A program made the translations under genes and the position numbers. Source: Candidatus Hermodarchaeota archaeon (GTDB lineage: Archaea; Asgardarchaeota; Lokiarchaeia; Sigyniarchaeales; SOKP01). From it: DNA of 28,390 nucleotides. The notes below the pieces were generated by a model. It had not been told where the DNA came from. It saw only the letters and a list, made by a program, of their open reading frames with translations, and made no database searches. Position 1 is the stretch's first letter; each line of letters starts with the position of its first letter. Shown in pieces: positions 1 through 7,553 of this stretch. The stretch is taken from positions 1 to 28,390 of the forward strand of contig JBHLLG010000035.1 in NCBI GenBank assembly GCA_048885925.1. The letters run 5' to 3'.

Positions 1-1240
1 GAAGATCTAAGGATCCTTGATTGCTCACACTTTTAAATAAGTATTTCACTTGAAGGGGTAAAATTCATCTCGGGTCCTTGGACTAGTACATTTTTTGCTG
101 ACCAAGGGGCAGAAGTAATAAAGATAGAAATCTGAGTGCAATTCGCACTCCATACTATAACCTCCACCCTTTGGTGAAGCCTTTCGTCTTTTTGTCCTTT
201 ATGATAAAACTATATTTCCATTATTCTCTATTCTAAATAGAGGAAAAAAATCGGTTTCACTTGACTTAAAAAAGGAAGAGGGAAAGAAAATATTTAAAAA
301 GTTAGTGGAAAAATCTGATGTATTAGTAGAAAATTTTGTTAAGGGAACGATGGAAAAGTGGGGATTAGGTTATAATATCTTAAAAGATATTAATCCAAGA
401 CTGATTTATGCTAAAATTTCTGGTTATGGTAATAAGGGTTTAGAAAAATATACTCAGAAAACTGCATTCGATATAATTATCCAAGCGGAAGCGGGAATAC
501 TCGATGCTTTCGGTTTTAAAGAAGGACCTCCAAAATTACCTATAGCAGATTATACAGCAGGGCATATTGCCGCTATTGGGATTAGTCAAGCACTATATTA
601 TAGGGAAAAAGCCGATAAAGGTCAATTTATTGATATCTCAATGCATGATATTATGTTTGCTTTAAATATAAGAGCACAGGCCAGAGAATTTATACCAAGA
701 GCTAAAAATGTTGATGTTGCATCTAAATTTCTCCCAGTTTATAACCAATACCAATGTAAAGATGGTTTAATTGTCTTAACTACCCTTACAGAAAAACAGT
801 GGATTAGATTATGTGAGCATGTTTTAAAAAAACCAGAACTACTTAATGATGCTCGATTCGGTAACATAATAAAAAGATTTGACTATATTGATTTATTTGA
901 TAAAATTATTGAAGATTGGTGTAAAAATTTAACTAGAGATGAAGCAATTAAGCAATTGGAAACCGTCAGAATTCCGTGTGGTAAAAATTTGCGAATTGAT
1001 GAAGTTCATGATCATCCTAATCTTAGAAAAAGAGGAATGTTATGTGATCAATTTGATTTTAAAAAATTTGGGGTGGAAAAAGCTACGATCCCAAATCGCT
1101 TAGTTAATTTTTCAGATACTGTTGGATCTGTAGAAACTCCTGGACCAGAATTTGGTGCCAATAATGAAGAAATTTTCTGCAATTTATTAGGGTATAGTAA
1201 GGATGATATTAAAAATTGGAAGGGGAAAAAAATTATCTGA
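1..1240 (+). CDS. Family III CoA-transferase (CaiB/BaiF), 5' end outside the window, split into three exons (<1-28, 62-129, 161-1240)
   Basis: Joining the exons gives EDLRILDCSQFISGPWTSTFFADQGAEVIKIEPPPFGEAFR...NRGKKSVSLDLKKEEGKKIFKKLVEKSDVLVENF, matching the CaiB/BaiF N-terminal consensus (LD.S..(L/I)(A/S)GP, AD.GAEVIK.E.P, NRGK(K/R)S..LDLK, DV.VENF). Downstream are ISGYG and PIADYTAG (catalytic Asp). The product is 391 aa within the window. The ORF track (305-1240) covers only part of exon 3. Confidence 0.92.
29..61 (+). other. Putative BHB-type mRNA intron 1 (33 nt, contains in-frame TAA at 34-36)
   Basis: Central helix GCUC(23-26)/GGGU(56-59), 3-nt bulges ACA(27-29) and AAA(60-62), intron stem C30-G55, U31-A54, U32-A53 plus AAGU(39-42)/ACUU(48-51), exon-exon helix 6-16/72-82. 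Cutting after the 2nd bulge nucleotide (after 28 and 61) gives tgc-tca-caa-ttc-atc = CSQFI in frame. Confidence 0.82.
130..160 (+). other. Putative BHB-type mRNA intron 2 (31 nt, contains TGA at 133-135 and shifts the frame)
   Basis: Central helix AUAG(124-127)/CUAU(155-158), all Watson-Crick. Bulges are AAA(128-130) and AAC(159-161). Intron hairpin GAGUGC(134-139)/GCACUC(145-150); exon pairs G123-C162, A122-U163 and 102-109/167-174. Canonical cuts after 129 and 160 give gaa-cct-cca-ccc = KIEPPP and restore the frame of 305-1240. Confidence 0.88.
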
Positions 1241-1329
1241 AGAAATAAGAAAATAAGAAAAAGAAGGATGAATTTTAATATTTAAAAATAAATATTTAGA
1301 AATATTTCTTTAAAAAAAAGTGCAGTATA

Positions 1330-1626
1330 ATGAGTGGAGAAGGAGAAGAAAAAGAAAATTTCATAGAAAAATTGAATAAATCTTTTACTGACTTCTTTGG
1401 GAACATTTTTGGGGAATCTGGAAAAGATTTTATTGAAGAAACTTCTGAAAAAATTAAAGATTTTTCTTCCGGGGCTATAAAGAAAATAATGGAATTCAGT
1501 GATGATGCAATTAAAAGATTTAATTTGGATGAAAATGAACAAGTAATAAAAGCGCGTGATAGCATAGAAGATATGTTAAAACAAGCTGGACTACTAAAAG
1601 AGGATGAAGAAGAAGAGGAGTTCTAA
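1330..1626 (+). CDS. Hypothetical acidic helical protein (98 aa)
   Basis: ATG-initiated ORF with E/K/F-rich composition and acidic tail (EDEEEEEF), followed by T-rich sequence. No family recognised. Confidence 0.75.
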   Translation: MSGEGEEKENFIEKLNKSFTDFFGNIFGESGKDFIEETSEKIKDFSSGAIKKIMEFSDDAIKRFNLDENEQVIKARDSIEDMLKQAGLLKEDEEEEEF

Positions 1627-1709
1627 TTCGAGATTTACAATTAAGGATTTAAATTTTATTTATTTCTATATTTCTTTTAATTTTAAAAATAAAGTTTTTC
1701 AAAAAGAAA

Positions 1710-1952
1710 TTACATAACTTTAGCATTTTTTAAGAATGATTTAATTTCTTCCTGAGTAGCATTAAATAATTCTGAGATAACCATTAGAGAAGTGACCTCG
1801 TCCATCCCTAGCCCAATATAATCTTTATACAACTTTATCCAAGTTTCCTTTTGAGTATATTTATCCGGATGTACTTTTTGAATGTGTTGCCAGTAGGGAT
1901 GTTGTAATTCAACACCGCAATATGGGCAAAATCGAGATTCATCTTCACTCAT
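1710..1952 (-). CDS. Small C2H2-type zinc-finger protein (80 aa)
   Basis: CPYC-x9-HIQKVH spacing, followed by a short helical domain. Confidence 0.75.
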   Translation of the reverse strand: MSEDESRFCPYCGVELQHPYWQHIQKVHPDKYTQKETWIKLYKDYIGLGMDEVTSLMVISELFNATQEEIKSFLKNAKVM

Positions 1953-2084
1953 ATGAAACTAATCCCTTACCTTTTTAATCAATTATTTTTTTTTTGAATA
2001 ATAGTAATAAACCACTATTTATATAAAAAACTAATAATTTCAAAAAATTAAAAATTTAAATTTTAAGATTTTATTTATTGTATT

Positions 2085-2600
2085 TTATTCCCATTTATCT
2101 TTTAGTTCGCCGCTAGTTAGTCTTCTAATTTCATCTAATGCCCATATAATAAAATTGTAACATATTTTAGCCCATATATCATTTTCTCGATATTCCTCAA
2201 TCACTTCAGGATTACTAAAATCATAGCCACAGAGTTCCGAACAGACAATAGTACCAAATTTATTTTCAAAATGTTTAGCAAATTTAGCTGCTTTCGACAT
2301 TGCCATTAACATTGTATCATTATCCATTTTTTCTTGGCCTCCCAAAATAACTCCTATAGAAGCACAAGCTCCACAGACAGCACCACAAGCTCCTTGCCAT
2401 CCTTTTTCCGATTTATAACCGCCAAATCCAGCAGCTAAAGGAATTGCAAGGTTATGAAATAAGTAATTATCAATTCCTAATATCTCCAAGACGCTTGTTA
2501 ATGTTAATTCTGCGCAATTGATGCCTTTCTTAAGTTGAGGTAATGAACTATTCAATTCCTTTAGTTTTTTATCAAATTTTTCATTTATTTCTTGACTCAT
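2085..2600 (-). CDS. C_GCAxxG_C_C family putative redox protein
   Basis: NCAE ... AAGFGG ... ACGAVCG ... FGTIVCSEL ... C pattern typical of this family. Confidence 0.88.
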   Translation of the reverse strand: MSQEINEKFDKKLKELNSSLPQLKKGINCAELTLTSVLEILGIDNYLFHNLAIPLAAGFGGYKSEKGWQGACGAVCGACASIGVILGGQEKMDNDTMLMAMSKAAKFAKHFENKFGTIVCSELCGYDFSNPEVIEEYRENDIWAKICYNFIIWALDEIRRLTSGELKDKWE

Positions 2601-2736
2601 ATTTGTATATCGCTTTTAGTACAATCTATTTAGTAGTACATATATTTAGTCTAGAGTTAAATATGAAATTCGCTATTAATTTCATAACAAAAATTTTTGG
2701 AAATGGAATTATTAATTATCATATTCTGATTTTAAA

Positions 2737-3183
2737 TTGAAGGAACTTTACGAGATTGGGTTTGTATTCAGGGGCTTTATCCTTGTAAATCAAGTTTTTA
2801 AAAATTTACCAGCTCAAAAAGAGTACGGTTTAAATAAGGATCTTAGGGGAGCCTTTATTTCTGCTATTAATACATTCGTTCATACGGCTTTTAATAAAAG
2901 TTCTTTAGAATATTTAGAATCAGGGAATATCCTTTTTATATTTAAAATAGCTGAAATTCAGTCCGAAGATAATCGTGATAAAGAACCAATAATTTTATAT
3001 GGTCTGGTCGATAAATCTAAGAAGAATTCAGATAAGCTTGTTAAAAAGTTTTTTGAAAGGGTCACTCCGATATTACAGTTATTTATTCAAAGATTTGATA
3101 AAGTAGATTTTACAGAATTAAACCAGTTTGAACCATTTCAAGAAACAATGCGAGAATTCTTTATAAAAAAGACTCAAGTATAA
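2737..3183 (+). CDS. Longin-like domain protein (148 aa, TTG start)
   Basis: Beta-beta-alpha-beta-beta-beta-alpha-alpha pattern: IGFVFRGFILV, DLRGAFISAINTF, LEYLE..NILFIF, IILYGLVD, F...F..RF, FEPFQETMREF. Resembles Asgard longin-fold proteins; fold is inferred. Confidence 0.62.
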   Translation: MKELYEIGFVFRGFILVNQVFKNLPAQKEYGLNKDLRGAFISAINTFVHTAFNKSSLEYLESGNILFIFKIAEIQSEDNRDKEPIILYGLVDKSKKNSDKLVKKFFERVTPILQLFIQRFDKVDFTELNQFEPFQETMREFFIKKTQV

Positions 3184-4848
3184 TTATCCAACTAAGCTCC
3201 ATCCTTTTGGTTTTGCACGAGAATATTCAATTCTACCCTCGCCCTTTAAGGTATCAATCTCTTTTTCAACTTCATTATGAGAAAAACCTTTTTCTACAAT
3301 CCCATTAATGAATTCTCCTTTAGTAGCTACAAGTTTTTTTACCCTAAGATACTCAATTATGACGTCTCGTAATGAATCTCCAGCACTCACTTTTTCTTTA
3401 GTGGGTTCTTGTTCGATACTAGAAGGAAGAACAGCTCTTAATTTTTCTTTATCTGTTATAATTGGTTCTTCTACAACCATATGTTTTACTTTAGTTTTTT
3501 CAACAGGTATTGGTTCCTCAACTTCGATAAGCTCTTCTGAAACTTCCATTTCTTCTTCTGGCAGGCTATATAAGGGGTAAACTATTCGTTCATAAGTTAC
3601 CGATTTTTGAGTCTTTAATAGTGCTAATTCATCTAATATTTCGTTCTCTGAATAACCTGAATCTGATAACTTGCTTACCAATTCTTTCAAATATCCCTTC
3701 TCTAATAAAAATTGGAATATTTCTTCTCTCATAGTGGATGGTACTTCTTTAATTTTACCTAGTACGTCAATTATCTTTTCTTTTTCAGCCAATTGTATTG
3801 CAGGTATTTCTATTTGAGTTTGTATATCGAGAGGTTGTTTTTCTCCCCATTCAAAATCAGTAAGAAATCTTATTGCCCGATCATACCCTCCAAATATTAT
3901 ATTTTTCTTATTTTCTTTTCTATCCAACTGATAACATATATGTTTGATTGAAGTACTAACTTTTGTTTTCCACTTCAATTCGATATCTGTAGAATTAAGT
4001 GTTGGATTATGAAACACTTTTAAGGACCCATCCGCGCACCCAGCAACAATTTCATTTGCTTTATCACCATCAACATCTTCTACTAATAAGGATAAAGGTC
4101 TTCCACCTTCTATTAGTATCTCCTTTATTAATTCTCCTTCTGCCTTAAGAATTTTGATAGTGGAATCATTAGCACTTAATAAAATTTCGTTGAATCCATC
4201 ATTAGTAATATCACCAATTTTAATGTCATTAATCTGAGTATGAAAATCCTTTTGCCAAATTATTTCGGGTAATCCATCCTTAAATCGAACTAATTGTACT
4301 AATCCATTTCTAGTACCAACAAGTAATCCAAAAATGGGTACTTCTTCATTAGGTAATTTTAAAAATCCAAGTGTGCAGACGGTAACCCATGAATCATAAT
4401 ATAATATAAATTTTGGTTCCTTTGCCTGAATATTATCAAATATTTTTAAAGTCTTATCTTCACTTCCAAAAATTAATTCGATATTTCCATTTCGAGTAAA
4501 ATCTCCAGCAGTACAACAATTAATTCGCTTTTTAGACTTGTAACGCATTAATCCTACTAGTTTTTTCTTTTCTGGATTTAATTTTAAAACCATGAAATTA
4601 CCATCACCCGAACCAACTAAGACTTCATCACAGCCATCACCATCAAGATCTATGGGATAACTACATCGAATCCATCCATCAAAAGCTCTATCATCAACAA
4701 TGTTCATTGTTTCATCCATTAAGTATAGAATTTTATCATGCCCTCCAAAAACTAAAAAATTTTTCTCTTTACAACTTAAAATTGAACAGGTTAAAATTGC
4801 GTCGGGGCATTCAAACATAAGATTTAGCTGGAAACGTTTTCTAATCAT
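3184..4848 (-). CDS. FG-GAP-like beta-propeller protein with two C-terminal winged-helix-like domains
   Basis: Repeats DLDGDGCDEVLVGSGDG, GDFTRNGNIELIFGSEDKTLKIF, GDITNDGFNEILLSANDSTIKIL, DVDGDKANEIVAGCADGSLKVF, with FGGHDK/FGGYDR at the ends. No signal peptide. Two similar helical units MREEIFQFL...GYSENEILDELALLK and LRDVIIEYL...GFSHNEVEKEIDTLKGEGRIEY. Confidence 0.75.
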   Translation of the reverse strand: MIRKRFQLNLMFECPDAILTCSILSCKEKNFLVFGGHDKILYLMDETMNIVDDRAFDGWIRCSYPIDLDGDGCDEVLVGSGDGNFMVLKLNPEKKKLVGLMRYKSKKRINCCTAGDFTRNGNIELIFGSEDKTLKIFDNIQAKEPKFILYYDSWVTVCTLGFLKLPNEEVPIFGLLVGTRNGLVQLVRFKDGLPEIIWQKDFHTQINDIKIGDITNDGFNEILLSANDSTIKILKAEGELIKEILIEGGRPLSLLVEDVDGDKANEIVAGCADGSLKVFHNPTLNSTDIELKWKTKVSTSIKHICYQLDRKENKKNIIFGGYDRAIRFLTDFEWGEKQPLDIQTQIEIPAIQLAEKEKIIDVLGKIKEVPSTMREEIFQFLLEKGYLKELVSKLSDSGYSENEILDELALLKTQKSVTYERIVYPLYSLPEEEMEVSEELIEVEEPIPVEKTKVKHMVVEEPIITDKEKLRAVLPSSIEQEPTKEKVSAGDSLRDVIIEYLRVKKLVATKGEFINGIVEKGFSHNEVEKEIDTLKGEGRIEYSRAKPKGWSLVG

Positions 4849-4955
4849 GGTTTCTCAATGCTAATGATAACTATAGAAATTAATTGAAGTAATTAAATTA
4901 AATTTCATTATTTCTTCATTTAATAATTATCCCTAAATTTATTAAACTATTATTG

Positions 4956-4980
4956 AAAAAAAAACATAAAAAAAATAAAA
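4956..4980 (-). terminator. Oligo-T tract, possible archaeal terminator of the 722-aa gene
   Basis: A-runs on + (T-runs on -) just downstream of the stop at 4997. Confidence 0.35.
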
Positions 4981-4996
4981 TTACTTTTTTTAAGAT

Positions 4997-7165
4997 TTAG
5001 AGCGCCAATTGGGCATCAGATGGACTATATGCTCCAGTACCCGTTATTTCATATGTAATTTCTAATTTTTCTCCAGTTTCTAATGTTTGAATTTCCCATT
5101 TTAGTGTATCTTCACCCACTTCATCGGTTATTTCTGGAGTCATCGAATAAGTGCCATATTCAAATGAATCAGGAACCTTATCTAGTAAGGTCATGTTATG
5201 GAGCTTAGATTCACCAATATTCTCTACAGTTAATATAATTCTGTAATGTCCAAGGTCTCCAATGGTTGCAATCTCTTTTCCAACACGAAATTTCCTTCTG
5301 ATGTGTAGTGCTTCGATAATTGGAACTTCTGGTTTAAATTCTAACTCTTGACTCGCTGGAAAAGTATTCGCAAGATAGATTATTTCAGATTCAAATGTCG
5401 ATTCTCTTGCGGGATTTATACAATGAATGGGATATTCAAATTCTAAAGTCGTGTCCGGCTTAAACATACCATTAGTAGTATCTTTTAAGTTTTTAAGTGA
5501 AATCTTGAAAACATTATCGTCAAAGCTAACTGCATCAGCTGTAACCTCCACTTCATCTCTATCCCATAACATTTTAATTTCTCCTGCTTTAGGTGGTTGA
5601 TACTCTTCAGTGAAATATTGTTGAATAACACTTACTTCATTAAGAGGAGCCGAACCGTTATTAACCATTTTAAGGGTGGCAATAACATCTTTTGTTCGAT
5701 AAGTGGGAACTTCTGTAAGGTTATAGGACATAACACCAGAAATGCTTCCAATCTCTAAGATAACATCTGATAGAGTCGCTGAACCTTTTACGATGGTCTG
5801 AAAATCAGGCATTACTCTAAATTCTAATTTTTTCCTAAAAGTTGGATAATCATCACTTTTATATTCCCATTTTACGGAATGCCATTGGGCACAGCTTGGT
5901 AATAAGGGGACGTCATTTGGATCAATATCTACAAACTTTTTTGATTCATCTTCCGGTGCATATACATCTGCGTTGAAAAGTTGAATGATAAACTCTGAGG
6001 AGTTATCAAAAACAAGCTTGCAATCAAACATACCAGGTTCTTCATCCCTTTCAACTGTATCGACATAAAATTTATTTCTGGTGTAAGCATCAAACTTATC
6101 AATATCTAATCCTTCGGCAAAAGATGAAGCTGCTTGATATGTTACTTCCAATGTTCCTGTTCTTCTTTTAGTTATATCTGTAACCCTAATATTGCAATAA
6201 AATTTCAACAGCACTGTATATTCAGGAGCTAACTTTTCAATTGTCCAAATAATTTGATTTCCTTCAATATTAGCTTTTCCTTCACTGGTATCTTGAATTT
6301 CTGGGTTTGTAAAATCATCAGGGATATTTTTTACTACTTTAACATTAGAAATAGGCTTGTCAAACATACTTCTAAGGGCGATAGCAAAGGTAACAACATT
6401 TTCTCTATCAATAGAAATTCCAAAAGACTCTAATCCACTTTCAGCAGCAATACCACCATCCCCCCAAGTTTCTCCTTCATCTTCATCTTTTTCTTCCTCT
6501 TCTTTCTCTTCTTCTACTTCTTTAATAACAGGCTGCTTTTTAGTAGTAGAGGGTTTGGAAGGAGAAGATTTACCAGTTTTTTCTTTTAATTTTAATAACT
6601 CTGTTTCTATGTCATTGATGTTTAATATATCATCCGCGTTGGGCAATGTGGAAATAAATTCTTTTACAAGTAAAAGATTTTTTATGTCTTTCGTTATTTT
6701 GAAATCTCTTGAATCAACATTATCTGGCTCTTCAGTACCTAATTCTCTTATCGAGATATCTTTTGACTTTAGATTAGTACTACCTATATTTTTAAGTGAA
6801 ACATCGATATCCCATAATCTATCTACCTTACTGGGATTCTCAATGTTAAATTTTCCTGAATGGGTAAAAGATTCAATATTACCGTCATGGTCTTGCGTTA
6901 CATCCACTTCTTCAATTATTTTTACTAATGCTAATAATCCTTCTCTATTACCATCCTTTAAAACGATACTACCCTCAAGTTTTCCTGTATCTTCATCATA
7001 TGTCTCAATAACTGGGGTAGCAGTATCTCGATCCAATAACTCTACTCGTCCCGTATCCATGTCCTTTCTTTTCAAAGCCTCAGCTACAATTTCCTCATCT
7101 GCTTCCTCTTTATCCCAGCCCATTCGTGATGGCTTTTCCTTCTTTTTCTTATCCTTTTTTCCCAT
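4997..7165 (-). CDS. Cytoplasmic beta-sandwich protein (722 aa) with a mu-homology-domain-like region and C-terminal Ig/DUF11-like folds
   Basis: Polybasic N-terminus, no signal peptide, beta-strand-rich. Segments VKIIEEVDVTQDHDGNIESFTHSGKFNI, FAIALRSMFDKPISNVKVVKNIPDD..NPEI...EGKANIEGNQIIWTIEKL and LEVTYQAASSFAEGLDIDKF occur in MHD order. C-terminal LTVENIG..LHNMTLLDKVPDSFEY...LKWEI..LETGEKLEITY is DUF11/Ig-like. The ORF is secure; the fold call is inference. Confidence 0.6.
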   Translation of the reverse strand: MGKKDKKKKEKPSRMGWDKEEADEEIVAEALKRKDMDTGRVELLDRDTATPVIETYDEDTGKLEGSIVLKDGNREGLLALVKIIEEVDVTQDHDGNIESFTHSGKFNIENPSKVDRLWDIDVSLKNIGSTNLKSKDISIRELGTEEPDNVDSRDFKITKDIKNLLLVKEFISTLPNADDILNINDIETELLKLKEKTGKSSPSKPSTTKKQPVIKEVEEEKEEEEKDEDEGETWGDGGIAAESGLESFGISIDRENVVTFAIALRSMFDKPISNVKVVKNIPDDFTNPEIQDTSEGKANIEGNQIIWTIEKLAPEYTVLLKFYCNIRVTDITKRRTGTLEVTYQAASSFAEGLDIDKFDAYTRNKFYVDTVERDEEPGMFDCKLVFDNSSEFIIQLFNADVYAPEDESKKFVDIDPNDVPLLPSCAQWHSVKWEYKSDDYPTFRKKLEFRVMPDFQTIVKGSATLSDVILEIGSISGVMSYNLTEVPTYRTKDVIATLKMVNNGSAPLNEVSVIQQYFTEEYQPPKAGEIKMLWDRDEVEVTADAVSFDDNVFKISLKNLKDTTNGMFKPDTTLEFEYPIHCINPARESTFESEIIYLANTFPASQELEFKPEVPIIEALHIRRKFRVGKEIATIGDLGHYRIILTVENIGESKLHNMTLLDKVPDSFEYGTYSMTPEITDEVGEDTLKWEIQTLETGEKLEITYEITGTGAYSPSDAQLAL

Positions 7166-7361
7166 TGTTTTCTACCAAAAATTTAATTTTTAATATATCG
7201 ATAATTATTTATGATTTAATAAATATTATTCGATAATCTAATTTTAACATGAAACTATAAAAAATTTATCAATCTAAATTAAAGCTGAGTTAGAGAATTT
7301 AGATTGAATAACTTGTAATTGGATTTAATTCCCTTAATTGAACTCATAGTATTATATGAAG

Positions 7362-7547
7362 TTAAAACTTCTTTTCAAACTCTTTTGGAGTATGTGGTGT
7401 GAAATTAGGATCTCTAAATTCAAAGCCACACATGAGGCATTTAATCTTTGTTTTTTTCACTTTTAAATCTGATCTAAAACTAAAACCACAAACAGGACAT
7501 ATAATTACTTCTCTCATCCTTTCTAAATGTTTTATATTTAAAATCAA
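7362..7547 (-). CDS. Small zinc-ribbon protein (probable start ATG at 7517)
   Basis: Two CxxC knuckles (ICPVCGFSF, IKCLMCGFEF); lies immediately downstream of the glycerate kinase gene. Confidence 0.75.
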   Translation of the reverse strand: MILNIKHLERMREVIICPVCGFSFRSDLKVKKTKIKCLMCGFEFRDPNFTPHTPKEFEKKF

Positions 7548-7553
7548 ATAAAA

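Noticed and set aside
133-135. In-frame TGA as selenocysteine or readthrough in the CoA-transferase
   Set aside because: Readthrough would not fix the frame shift caused by the 31-nt insert, and the other insert has a TAA stop. BHB excision explains both.
1-304. CoA-transferase as a simple decayed pseudogene or with a start at GTG 305
   Set aside because: Starting at 305 would omit essential conserved N-terminal motifs that are present upstream. The only lesions are two clean, structured inserts with correct BHB registers. Disfavoured rather than formally excluded.
6357-7193. 278-aa plus-strand ORF and the other short antisense ORFs in the track (e.g. 1282-1565, 3308-3580, 15626-16234, 17648-19138, 28182-28370)
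   Set aside because: They are shadows of well-supported genes on the opposite strand, with Ser/Phe-rich composition and no motifs.
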